Below are positions 24,326 through 36,742 of a stretch of 64,000 bases of DNA, in pieces; positions within the stretch are counted from its first letter, which is position 1; each line of letters opens with the position of its first letter. The notes beneath the pieces were generated by a model. The model was not told the origin of the DNA and did not search any database. It was given only the letters and a program-made list of their open reading frames with translations. The DNA lies in the NCBI RefSeq assembly GCF_018977255.1, contig NW_024704742.1, positions 53,508,001 through 53,572,000 of the forward strand, in the 5' to 3' direction. Source of the DNA: Callorhinchus milii. Its lineage: Eukaryota. The position numbers were made by a program, and so were the translations under genes.

Positions 24326-25218
24326 ACATATATGCAGATGACACTCAACTCTATATCACTGCCTCCACCATCGATTCCAGGACCACTGCTGTTCTGACCG
24401 TCTTCCTGTCAGACATCAAGTCCTGGATGACAACAAAATTCTCCAGTTGAATGTCAACAAGAGAGAACTTGGCTCCTGTCAGTGCTTTCTTATTTCAGGT
24501 GCTGACAGCATCAATTTACATGGATGCACTCTTCACCTCACAGAGCTAGTGCTGAACCTTGGTGTCTTATTTAACACTCAAATGTCCTTTAACTCCAACA
24601 TCTGTGCTTTGCCCCTTTCAGCTTTCTCCCACCTCTGCAACATTGCCCACCTCCAGCACCATCTTTACCCTTGGCCACTGAGACCCTTATCCGTGCATTC
24701 AGCACATCTGGGCTTTACTACGTCAACTCTCTACTTACTAGATTTCCCAAATCTTCCCTCCACAAGCTGCAGCTCATGTCCTCGCCCACACTAGGCTCTG
24801 AGAACCTATCTCCCCCATCCTTGCCCAGCTCTGCTGGCTCCCCATCCCCAGAGGATTGAGTTCAAAATCATCATCCTCACTTTTAAATACCTCTATGGTT
24901 TTGATCCATCCTATCTCTGCAACCTGCTTAAATGCTACCAACCCGCCCACTCCCTCAACTCAGCAGGCACCGAGCTGCTTCAAAACCTCCACCTTGGTCT
25001 GCCCATCATCGGCTATTGGGCTTTGAAGCCTATCTATTACTACTCTCTATAATTCCATTGCATAATTCTATAACTCCATAACTTTGCCCTGCACTTCCCT
25101 CATCTTCTTCCTCTTTCACTGTACCAGCTCAGGTGCAAAACTCAACTAACCAGCACATTGGGCCGTCCTCCTGTTAGTGAAAGACACTATATAAATGCAA
25201 TTTGTTGTTGTTGTTGTT
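24326..25218 (+). mobile_element. Older 5'-truncated L2 LINE, degenerate RT C-terminus
   Basis: [26 protein letters not shown]; tail GTGAAAGACACTATATAAATGCAATT(GTT)n. Confidence 0.9.
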
Positions 25219-25749
25219 ACAACGTTATAAGTTATTCAAATTGCAATTGTCGTTTATTGTTCTCCAGATTCTAATCAAAGCCTTTACCTATCATGAAAAC
25301 TATTCCTAATTCACATGAGAAAACTCAAATTGTTTGCAGACTTATAGAACTAAAAGTCTGCAATTCGTTGTCTTGCCTGGTACTATGTTAATGAGGCTGG
25401 ACAAATAATGTATTAATGCAGTGTCAGCTTCCAATTCCACTTGATGAGCAGGACCTCAGTGTTTCCAGTTTCAGCAATACACAGATTAATGGGTAGTTAC
25501 TGGTGTATGTCATTGCAGATTGCTTCTTGGGAAACCCCAAGTCAGTGAAAGACCGAGAACATATTTATAATTCATCATTTGAGCATCTTTTGTTATGTAC
25601 AAATTATACAAGCTGTGTTTTATCCTTGCTTTGGCTGGCGTCACATTGGGGTGAGTTGAATCCAGAGGTAAGAAGTTTGAAATAATAGATAATAGATGAA
25701 AGATGTCTCATAGATACAATAATAAATACATTTAAATCAAAGTAAATGA

Positions 25750-26285
25750 CAGGCTTCTTTCTGCTTATCCAGCTAGGACCATCCTACCCACTGAGGCTTT
25801 GGATTGCAGGGTTAATAGGCGCCACTTCCTCCTGAAACTTTGGAACACTCTCCCTCAATCCCTCCCGTTTACTCCCCTCTTCTCCTTTTTCAAGTCCTGC
25901 CTGAAAACCTTCCTCTCTGAACGTGCCATGTCCACCTCCCACCACTCCCCCCCAGCTCAGAGTCAGGCTCCGCCACTGTTAAGTGCTCTGAGACGCTACC
26001 CTGCATGGAGGGTGCTATATAAGTACAAGTTGTTGGTGTTATTGTTATTGAATTGTAAGGATCCCGACCCCATGTGACTGATCTGCTCCATTAAGTACTC
26101 CATTAAGTACATTAAGACAACATGGTTGGTCTGTCAGCAGCAGTGGATTGGACTACTGCAGATCATTTGGCTCAGGAAACTGATTATGGAAATCATCAGA
26201 GGAGCAATTGATTCTGATATTCAATGCCAGGCACATCATCTTGGAGCCAGCTCTGCTGCAGAAAGACTCTGTTTACCTTCCCCGC
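25750..26285 (-). repeat. Family X repeat interrupted by L2 3' fragment (25819-26050, +)
   Basis: TCCAGCTAGGACCATCCTACCC...GCAGGGTTAATAGG, then L2 LWNTLPQSL...FKSCLKTFL and tail, then TGGCTCAGGAAAC family-X sequence. Confidence 0.7.
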
Positions 26286-27184
26286 AAGATAGTCATTAGT
26301 TTATCATTCGACATATGACAAGGGCAGGTTTTCAACACTCTGAGACACTACCAGCATGAGGGAATGCTATATAAATGCAAGTTGTTGTTGCTGTTGGACA
26401 TCAAGAATTCTTTGTGAGCCTCTTGGTAAGCTCAGTTTAAATGGTGAGCTCTAGCTGATCAAGCAGAAAGATTATTTTACATTTTCAATTGTCAATCTTT
26501 AATTTAAATTTTTGATTGAAATACATGACAACAGAGCTTCAACATTTCTCATTGTCTTTAGCAAAAGATCATTGCCATATTTAAGATTGTGCAGAATTTT
26601 AGAAATTCCTTCCTTACAATATATTGTAGAATACTCAGGGATACATTTGAATTTGACTTGATGTACAAGTCTCACCAGACAATTTGGGCAGGTGAAATGT
26701 CAAGTTTGATATTGGCAATCAAATTAGGAGAGTTGGTGAAACTTAAACCCTCACTTCAAGTATGTTGAAAAACAGTTAGATATCACTTTTCTTCAGGTTG
26801 TACTCACTTGTTTTCCATGTTATTTTCTCACTTTTAACTTGAGTTTGCAAATGGTGAGTGAATGTTACCACTTTGAAGCTTTGAAGACTTTGCGGATTTA
26901 TTTCTTGGTATTTCAGAAATGACTTCAATGCCAATGGCTGGGCTGCTTCCTTATCATGCAGCTAGCTTCTTGTTTCATTAAGTAGCGTGAAATCTCCAGA
27001 TGTAATGACAAGCTCTCTGTTTATGCACTATACTTAAATGTGAAGCAAAATGTATTTTCCACACAAGGCTCCACTCATCCATTATCCCCCAGCTTTGACA
27101 AGTTCCATTGGCTCTCAGTCCCTCAGCAATGTACATTTATGATCCTTGTCTCACGCTTTGAATCTCCCCATGGTTTTGCCCCAC

Positions 27185-27320
27185 TCCATGAACGCATTTC
27201 TTGTCCTTGGGAAGAGTACGTGTGTCTTTTATGTTTACTTCCAACATGCAGTACCCTGCGTTCATTCATATTGAATATCATTTGCCATTGATCATCTGAG
27301 ATGCACATCTTATCAAGTCC
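27185..27320 (-). mobile_element. CR1 internal ORF2 fragment
   Basis: Minus ORF WQMIFNMNERRVLHVGSKH resembles CR1 WQMxFNxxKCKVMHxG. Confidence 0.65.
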
Positions 27321-28159
27321 TCTTAATATGAAAGTTTGGTGTCGCCTAAGAGTTTAATTACAAAGAAGTGAGTTTGTTTTGAAATAATTCAAATCAGGTA
27401 AAATAATTTGCTCTTCCAAAATTCCAGGCAATGTTGTTTTGACATCTTTTTTATTACTAAAATAATCATGATGCTGTTATAACAGTCAGGTTAATCACTT
27501 ATTTCACAGAAGTGGATGTACTGAGTCTTGTAAGAATCCCCCTTCAGCTCCCAATCTCAGCTCTGGTGCCCAGCGAGATTTGTCATGTGCTTTGGGACAT
27601 CATCGCGGTGTGAAGGGTGCTATATAAGCATAAATAAGTGTAAAATTGTGCAAGACAAGTGATATGCTTGCCATGTTTCTACTCAGTAAATAGGTCTATA
27701 AACAGGATGATCTTGCCAACTGAACAGTTGTGATCTAGTCACTCAATGAGACCTGTTCTTCTGAAATAGATAAATGTGTATCTTCATAAAAGACTCTTGT
27801 AAAAGTGCTACACTATTTTGTCAATGGGTGTTTCTTTTTAAATGGATTACTTGTGATTTATGTGTAGTAAATGTATTTCATTTCCAGTACTTACTTGTAA
27901 ACTAATCTTTCTCTTTAAAATTAACGGTGCCTGAAGTGCATGCTGTTAATCATTGAATAAATGAGAGTTGGCTCAAACCATTAATTATAACTACAATCTG
28001 CGCAATATTAAATGCAGCTCAATCTTTGGAGGTGTGCTTGGTAGTAAGGAACTGAATAAGTATAAATGATAAGGGGTGGTGTATTACAACACTAAAACCC
28101 TTCTGAGAGTAATCCATTTTTGTTTCTGAGTGTGATGTGTTAACCTACAAAATAGTATA

Positions 28160-28605
28160 CAACAACAACTTGCACTTATATAGCACCCTCCATGTAGGAT
28201 AGCATCTCAGAGACCTTAACAGTGTCGATGCCTGACTCTGAGCCGGAGGGTGGGAGGTGGCCGTAAGCACGGTCGACGAAGAAGATTTTCAGGCGGGACT
28301 TGAAAAAGGGGAGAGAGGGGGCAAGATGGAGGGATTGAGGGAGAGTGTTCCAGAGGTTTTCGGTGTAGTGGCTGAAAGCACGACCGCCAATGGTGGGGTG
28401 GAAGGTGCGAGGGACGAGCAGGAGGCCCGTGCCAGTTGAGCGGAAGTACCGGATGGTGGACTGAGGTTGTCGGAGAGGTAGGGAGGTGCCAGAGAGTGTG
28501 AGGATCTTGAAGTCGATCAGTTCTGTAATATGGAGCCAGTGGAGTCTGACCAGAACTGGTGAGATGTGGGTACGGAGTTTAGTCTGGGGGCAGAGTTCTG
28601 AATGA
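28160..28605 (-). mobile_element. L2 LINE 3' fragment
   Basis: (AAC)n TTGCACTTATATAGCACC tail; same subfamily as 15643 and 41115 copies. Confidence 0.88.
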
Positions 28606-28875
28606 TGATAAGCATTTCACATCAGGAGGCTGGGTATGTAGTGGCTGGGTACCTCATTACGGCATATTTGCACACAGTGATGTCCCACAAACAGCTAGGA
28701 AGTGAATGACCAATTTGATTTTGGGGATTGTTGGCCATGACATCTGGAGAAACTCCCTTCTCTCTTCAAGCAGCATCTTGAGATCTTCAACATCCATCTG
28801 AAAAGGGACCTAGGTTTATCATTTCATCTGAAGGATGGAATCTTCGACAATGCAGCTCAGCACTGCATTGAGTAT
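28606..28875 (-). mobile_element. Old DeuSINE-type SINE
   Basis: GTCCCACAAACAGCTAGGAAGTGAATGACC...GATCTTCAACATCCATCTGA. Confidence 0.7.
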
Positions 28876-29640
28876 ACATCCTGTGATACGCTTTGAGATG
28901 TTCTTCTAATGTGAAAAGTGCTATGTCAATTGGAAGGATTATTATTTTTATTATTATTAATGTACACTGTTCATCAGAAGATCATGTCTTAATAACCTCT
29001 ACACACTTCCAGCGGGATTCACTACATAATATACACCTATTTATTGTAGAATGTCTTTTTTCCAATGACACCACTCTGAATGCAAAAATGCAGGTTGATG
29101 TTTCAAGCTGGTGTTGGTATTGTAATTTATTTCTTACTGCAACCTTTGTCCACTAACATATTGAAAATGGAGACAAAAAGGATTCACTTTATGAATTCAC
29201 AAAATAGAAGCATGTGAAGATAAAAATAGAAGCCTCTTCATCTGTTTAAATGCTGTAAAGTATCCTTTGTGCTTCAGACAAATCAAAGTTTCTTTTCCTA
29301 TTTATCCAATGCTCTGAAGTGGAATGATATATATTTCCTGCAATGTAAATTGCTGAGCAGTTTAGCCTCGTTCATCTTAAATTATTTTAAAAAAAGGTTC
29401 TCTATCTCTTTCATTGCTCCTTTTTCTTTCCATAAGAAAGGTAAGGCTATCATTGAGCTAAACTTCATTACTAGTAATTAATTTCTGTGTCTGATAATAT
29501 CAACGTACCTAAGGCACAAAAATGTGTGAAAATTATACTAATCCCTTGGTAGCTGTCCTTATTCTTTGGAACTCACTTTCTGAAATTGGATATCTTTAAT
29601 CTAAGGAGCTGAATGAATTTGATGAAGTCGGGCTGAGAAA

Positions 29641-29820
29641 TGATTTACTGTCAGATTTACTTGAGAGATTTTACTTTTAAATGTTCTCATTGACAGGTGG
29701 CGTGACAGTGTTAAAATATTTTCACCATTATAATCATGGCAAGTATGTCCCCGGTGCCATAAAATTTAATTAAACAGAGCTCTTGTAAATTGAGAATTCA
29801 GATCAGCAGAGGGCAGTGTT
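29641..29820. promoter_or_regulatory. Candidate developmental enhancer / CTCF site (motif cluster in non-repetitive DNA)
   Basis: TGATTTAC (29641) overlapping CTGTCA, TGACAG at 29691 and 29703, CCATAAAA at 29757, TTAATTAA, CTCF-like CAGCAGAGGGCAG at 29804-29816; motif evidence only. Confidence 0.35.
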
Positions 29821-30356
29821 CATTCAGAAACCGGTTGCCTTGGTCTCCTCCAAGTATTCAAAGGAGATGTTTTCATGTTCCAAAATACACAACCACAATG
29901 GCAATATCTGAAAGAGGTGCACACAAAATATTTATGAAATATGTTTCAGAGCATTAACCTAATGTTGCTGTCATAAAAGAGAAAGTAACCTCACCTTTGA
30001 AAGTCATACTTTTGCTCTTCTGCTGAATATGGTCAAAGTGAAGCTCATATTTCTTTTTCTGAACTTTTACTGGATGAAATAAATCAATTCTACAGAACAG
30101 ATCTTACGTTATCAGTGCAGGATAATCTCACCTAGCTTCACTGATATAGCTGTTTTTCATCTGATATTATGTTTTGCATTGTATATTGTATGGTATGTAA
30201 TGAATACTACTGGGAATTGAATTGATCAACCCAATATCCATTCTCCATACTCAGTGCTGGTTGTGAACATTAAAATAACAAATAATCTTTACATTTGAGA
30301 TAACGTTTTTCACATTGGAAGTACATTTTAAAAGGTTTCACAGCATATACCGTAAA

Positions 30357-31510
30357 CAACAACAACAAGATTCCATTTATAAAGCGCCTTTCACGTCAGG
30401 AGGACGTCCCAAGGCGCTGCACAGTTGGATCATGACCCGAGCAGGGGGGAAATGGTCAGGGTGAGGGGAGGGAAGGGAGGGAGTGAGGAGGGGGAAATGG
30501 TCAGGGTGAGGGGAGGGAAGGGAGGGAGCGAGGAGGGGGAAGAGAGTCGAGAGGGGAGCTCAAGGCTCGGTCAAAGAGAAAGGTTTTGAGACCGGCCTTG
30601 AAGGAGGAAAGGGAGGAGGCGGCGAAGGCACTGGGGGATAGAGTTCCAGAGCCTAGGGGCTGAGAGGCTGAAGGCCCAACCACCGATGGTAGGGCGATTG
30701 GGGCGGGGGACGTGGAGCAGACCGGAGCCGGAGGAACGGAGGGTACGGGCGGGTAGGTAGGGGGATAGTAGGTCGGAGAGGTAGGAGGGATCAAGGCCGT
30801 GAATGGCCTTGTAGGTGAGGATGAGGATCTTGAAATCAATCCTCTGGGGGATGGGGAGCCAGTGGAGGAGAGCGAGGGTGGGAGTGATGTGGTCCCGAAG
30901 CCTGGTGCGGGACAGTACACGAGCTGCAGAGTTCTGAATGACCTGCAGCTTGTGGAGGGAGGTGGCGGGAAGGCCGGCGAGGAGAGAGTTCCCATAGTCC
31001 AGCCTTGAGGTGACAAAGGCGTGGACCAGGGTTTCAGCAGCGTGAGGGGTGAGGTAGTGCCGTAGTCTGGTGATGTTCCGGAGGTGATGGAAGGCGGTGC
31101 CAGTTGTGGTGCGGATGTGAGGGAGAAAGGGCAGATCAGGGTCGAACAGAACGCCGAGGTTCCTGACGGCTTTGAGAGGTGGAGAGTGCAGCCTTGGATG
31201 CTGATGATGTCGGCGCCTGAGGTGCGGAGGCGCTCACGTGAGCCAATCAGGAGGGCCTCGGTTTTTCGCACGTTGAGCTGAAGAAAGTTGTCTCTCGTCC
31301 AGGACTCGATGTCGGACAGGCAGCTGTCAGGGCATCGGTGGTCGTGGAGTTGAGAGTAGAGGAGGAAAGGTAGAGTTGGGTGTCATCCGCAAACATGTGG
31401 AAGTTAACTCCATGTCTGCGGATGATGTCACCGAGGGGGAGCATATAGAGGGTGAAGAGGAGGGGACCGAGGACAGAGCCCTGAGGGACACCACATGAGA
31501 CAGTACGGGG
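30357..31510 (-). mobile_element. 5'-truncated L2 LINE, same young subfamily as 20775-22731
   Basis: [32 protein letters not shown]; (AAC)n tail; 5-bp TSD GTAAA at 30352-30356 and 31511-31515 inside a SINE tail. Confidence 0.96.
30443..30535. repeat. ~46-bp G-rich tandem duplication in the L2 3' region
   Basis: GGGGGAAATGGTCAGGGTGAGGGGAGGGAAGGGAGGGAG.GAGGA twice. Confidence 0.9.
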
Positions 31511-32789
31511 GTAAAGTGCAGTGACTGTATTTTGTGGGCGAATGCAATTTGTTGCCTGTTACCTATTCAGCACTAGCTTTTTGAGACTGGTATTACTTTT
31601 TTGATAAGACACATGCACGTGTGTGTATGCATGAGGGGGTGTGGGGGGAGAGACACAAGACAATAGGCACCTGGTTAGAAATACTTGGCAAAATAACCAC
31701 GCAGCAGAGGAGAATCTTATAGATAGTAACACTAAGTTCTAATTATGTCCCACAAGGAAGCCTGTCCCTTCAGCATGAGTTAGCTGTTAGTCAAAAGGCA
31801 GGGCTGTGAAGGCAATTAATAATAACTGCCAACAAAAATAAATGCTGACTGTGGAGATCTTCTCTGGTGCTGCTCTTGAAAGATTATGGGGAGAACAGAA
31901 GGCAATTCAAAGCAAGTCTCTGAGCAAGTCAGCTTCTTATGTCAGATTATATGTCATCCGTGATAAGACTCTATATCAAATGCAAGGATTATTATTATTA
32001 TCTATTTTGTGAGTTTACTGTATTCCCCTTAATCTTCAGTCTTTGGAAGATACAAAATAAATGACAGTTGTTATTTGATCAATAGCCTACAATCCAACAG
32101 AATCCTTGTTCCATGAATGTTCAGGAAATATTAAGTGAGTGCAAGGCTGTTCATAGTACCATAAAAGTGATGTACTGGATTTCACTTGCCAATCAAATAC
32201 AGTCACTACATTTTACAGTAAAATCCTGTGCAGGCCTTTGAGATGTTCTTACGAAGTGAAAGGCACCTTATCAAATGCAAGGATTATTATTTTTGTACAT
32301 CATTCACTGGAGGTGAAACAATTCTCATGATCTTAGCCTTAAGGGCTTTGTCTAAAAATGTAGGATGTGCCAAAATTTGGAAATGTTTTAAATTTCAAAG
32401 ATGGAAATAATCTATTGAAATGAGGTAACACCTCAAAGTGAATCACACAGCTTGTGCACTGATGAAGAATAAGCTTAATGCGACAATGAATGTGCTTTAC
32501 AGGAAACATTGATCACTGACACTGAATTCTGAACTTGGTTTACTGCAGATTTTAAAACGACCTGTGCAAAAGAGGTTTTCAATTCAAGGGTTAAGAATCT
32601 GAGAATGTCCATTGCACTTGGTTTGCTATCATTTCCTTTGCATAATAGGCACTGATTTCAAATAGTCAGTAGCCTCAGTAAATGTGTGTTATCTTTGTTG
32701 GAATCAGGGAAGCTATTGTTAAAGGTCTTAAACCACATGCCTCTGTGTTTGCATCATTTTGAAGAAAATTAACCAAAAAACGTGATTGA

Positions 32790-33420
32790 AAAGAGAATTG
32801 AACATTATATGCAAAAATTTTCGAATTTGAAATAATAAATCCAGATCAATACTTTACAAAGCACCAAGGCAGCAAAACAAGAGGACATAGGTCTACAGTT
32901 GTAAAGGATAATTTCAGGACAGATACCAGATATTGGAGTCCTGTAGCTCAGTGGTTAGAGAACTTACCTTGCAAGCGAGACACCTGGGTTCAATTCCAGG
33001 CAGGGCAAAACCTTGGGCAAATTTCCTTACACCACACGCCTAATAATAATCCATCCAAAACAAAACAATAATAATAAATTGGTCATTTTTAATCCACAAC
33101 TGTTTGTGGGACACTGCTGTGTGCAATTGGCTACCGCGTTTCGCCCACAAATATACGGTCAATTCACTTTACAGCATATTCTGTGAAGCGCTTTGAGACG
33201 TCTAGAAGACATGAAAAGGCCTGTATCAAATGCAAGGATTATTATTATTATTATTATATTATAGGACTGGAACAGATTGCCAAGAAGGGTGGTTAAGGCT
33301 AGGATACTGGGCTTGTTCAAAAAGCAGCTTGATGGTGTGATGGTAGGGTGGGTATTCTGAAGGAATGAGATCAGATGGGCTAAAGGGCCTTCTTCATCCA
33401 AGCCAATCTTGTGATCTTGT
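32790..33420 (+). mobile_element. CR1 3' fragment interrupted by the SINE at 32935-33262
   Basis: TRGH...FRTD before the SINE, WNRLPRRVVKA..LGLFKKQLD after it, terminus ATGGGCTAAAGGGCCTTCTTC...CTTGTGATCTTGT. Confidence 0.75.
32935..33262 (+). mobile_element. Young tRNA-headed SINE, short form, full length
   Basis: GGAGTCCTGTAGCTCAGTGGTTAGAG, GGTTCAATTCC, CCTTGGGCAAATTTCCTTAC, tail AAATGCAAGG(ATT)n. Confidence 0.95.
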
Positions 33421-33782
33421 ACTTTGTTTCTGATTTGAAGCTTGGTGGCCCCAGCATTTACAACAAAGTCTCACTAAAATACAATTGGCTGCATCACAAA
33501 CAGTGTTAAAGGAAGGTATGGAAAATGGTTCTAGTTTGTCAGGTTGCCATTGTTGTCACTTCCATCACACTATACATGCTCTTTTGTGCAGTAAGCACTG
33601 CTGATATAATTTCCCTTGAAAAGTAACTGTAGCGGGCTGTCCTGCATATTAATACCCATGCGTGACCCATAGGACATTGTGCTAATGGTGTTTCCTGTGT
33701 ATAGAGTACTCTTCACAAGGCATAGGAAATGATGTTGGAGGTGACTTGACAATCTAGAAGTTGGCCATTTCTTTATGTGGGA

Positions 33783-34022
33783 AGCTTTTTTGGGAGTCAA
33801 CTGAGTGTCTGACACATGCAGAAACCCATCACCATGCTTGAGAGTATCCAAACCAGTTACACATGGAAATCCCAGAGATAGATTATTAGAATGGAATGCA
33901 CACTCTCTCCCTGAAGGGACCCATCCTGCTTATCTAATGCCAGAAAGTATTAGGCGTAGGTTGGCAAGAGCCAAGGCTTGGGGACCCCAGAGTGTGCGTT
34001 GGGGTACTGCTGGAGTCTAATC
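33783..34022 (-). repeat. Family X repeat, end portion
   Basis: TCTGACACATGCAGAAACCCATCACCATGCTTGAGAGTATCCAAACC...GGGGTACTGCTGGAGTCTAATC. Confidence 0.8.
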
Positions 34023-36199
34023 TTGATTATCCGTGCCCCAATTATCCACAGTAGAAATGTAGGCACTCCCTCTCTGTAGTCACTTCCCATGTTTGCCACA
34101 AACCCACCTCACTGCTTGATCTTGTACTTTGCAAATGGGTTGGAGGAAGCCTCTCCCCTGCATCTGCAGGAGCTCAGATCCATAAAGGAAGACTTGACTA
34201 GTCAGTGCCAGAATCCAGGTGTATTCTGTTTCTGGAAATAGACCCATCAAATAAGTATAGCAGTGCTGCAGTGAAGTATTCTAGAAGGAGGATTGGCTTT
34301 ACTTAAGGTGTGCAGGAGTATAGTTGGTTCACGTTTCCTAAGCTAGGATTCTTTTAGGCTCATTTAGTTTGGGGAAGCAAGATGAGAGAGGCAGCTGCTA
34401 TTGGATACAAATTGGAATAGTAGTTGCAAAGCTAACTGATTCAAATACTGACTATATTAGACAGATAGCACTCTGGCAGCATGTTCCTGGGAACCAGATG
34501 ACCTGGGAGAAGAACAATGCCTCAGGCTTTAAGGCTCTCTAGGTTGGTAGTGACTGAACTACTACTGCTGATGAAGAATGACATACTGGGAAGGTCAAAA
34601 GTGAGCACAGCTTGGCATCTAGCAGTGAATATCACAATATCTCATTGCAATATCTCCTTTCATGTTCAAATGGTGAACATTTCTGGAGCCAGGTAATAGG
34701 CTACCTGCTGGAATATCAACAAAATCACCAATGCTCTACATGCTAAAGCTATGTGTTGTAAACATGACTAGGCTATACAGTGCTGTATCAGTTTTAAAAT
34801 CTAGCTACTTTTCTGTGTGCTCAGCTATAATTGAATCTATCCATGTAGCCCTTAGGGCTCCCTCCAGAAATGCCTTTGGATCCTCCAAGAAGAAAGAGAT
34901 TTAACTCATTGAATTATGCAATTGCTTTGGGACCATCAAGGCAATAGAATACATGTAAATGTCAGATATCTGGGGGAAAGGTTCATTATTTGTTCTCTGA
35001 CATTCACCAGCGCTAATATGTCTGAGCTGAAAGCAAGTCAAACATAATGGCTTCTGGATCATTTGAGATATCTATCAGTTTCCCTCAGTCGCTTCCTCAC
35101 CGACAACATTTTGCAATTCTTTATTGCCGTTCTTATTGCTAAATGCCTCAAAGTACCCCAGAGATGGAGTGGGAGCCCAGGCACAGAGATAAATTAAATT
35201 CAGTTTCCCATTTAATTTATTAATTTGTTGAGTCCTGTTACAGAAACATGTGCTTAACATTTTCATTGCTTCTTTAATAGGTTTGATTTAGGTTCAGTTT
35301 GTTTAATTTTATGTGTTCCTTTTATTGTTTTAGAAATGCTATTTTCCCATTTTATCAGTCAACAAACCCTTAGGGAAATTCATGGCAATTTGTGAGTCAT
35401 TTCATTGCTGTTCACAAATTGGCTGTTGTGTTCACCTACAAAATACACAATCCCTAAATGTTACCGTAGATCCAGGGAAACACTTTGAGATGTTCTCCCA
35501 ACATGAAAGGTGCTATATCAAATGTAAGCATTATTATTCAATGTACATTATTTGTGGAAGGAGGTTACAAAATGTTTTGGTTTACAATGGATTGTGCAGT
35601 ATTTCCAATGAGTTTGTCCAGTGTGGTGTTTCTGCTCATAATATCCCATAGGATATTACAACTCTGTAGAATAGCTGCAGTGCTATGTGTTCTTCACAAG
35701 AGGATGCAGAAGGTCCAACACTCAGCAAGTCACTGCAAGCTGCTCAAGATTCTCTACCAGCCAATGCATGAAGGCTTTATGAGAGCCCATAGCTGGCAAT
35801 GTCAGGAGGTGATATTATTTGCTTCCAATCTGGCCACTCCTTGAAATATATCAGCTGCTATCAGACATTGATCTAAAAGAGAACTCTCATTGGGGTTCTC
35901 AAATGATTTCCACCTTCCACCTTCCCCCATGAATCCAGTCCAGGGTTACTGCCACATCAAGGGGAAATCTTAATGATGCAGTGCAGAAGCAAATTCTGCA
36001 TCACTCCCAAAACATTTGTTCCCAGTAGCATTTTCTCACACATTTCCTGTAAGCTAACATTTTAACATTGTGGAGGGAAGGAGAATGGAGACCTGTTCAC
36101 CACCATCTGCTCATCAGGAATATATGGAGCACACTGGGCGTCCTCTGAGTTATCTGCAGCTCTTTGGCAGTCTCTGCTGAATGACTGCAACTACAGAAT

Positions 36200-36742
36200 T
36201 GGATTGAACCTGGCTCCAAGGTGACAAAGGAATGTCAGAATTGAGTCAGCCCTCTGTTGTAGGCTCGGTAGTCTGGTTCCTGAGCCAGTCATGCCCATAG
36301 CACTCCAGGGCACTGTTAAATGACAGTCCAGCCAATCTGGCTTATTGGTAGGACTTGGAAGTCAGTGACTGATGGCAGGGATTCTTCCTGCTCAGTTCCT
36401 GCCAAACCTGCAAACCCAAACCATAAATCCTAGGGTGGTCCTAGCTGGATAAGCAGTGAGAAAGCTTGCCAAACAGTTCTTTCAATGTCAAATTATATGG
36501 TTTTAGCTGGTTAGACTGTAGTAGTGGTAGCCCAATGCACACTCTGGGTCCCTAAAGGGCTCTTGCCAGATTGAGCTTGATACTTTCTGGGATTAGGTAA
36601 GCAGGAATGTGTCCCTCCAGGGAGACGATGTACATTCCAGTCCAACATTTGGGAATTTCTGTATGCATGAAACTTTCAGTTTGGTTTGGATACTCTTAAT
36701 CATGTTTGTTGGATTCTGCATGTGTCAGACAAACCAAAAAAG
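36200..36742 (+). repeat. Family X repeat, near full length, opposite orientation to 7918-8480
   Basis: AATTGAGTCA, GTAGTCTGGTTCCTGAGCCAG, GGTTTTAGCTGGTTAGAC, ATTAGGTAAGCAGG, TTCTGCATGTGTCAGACAAACCAAAAAA. Confidence 0.8.
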
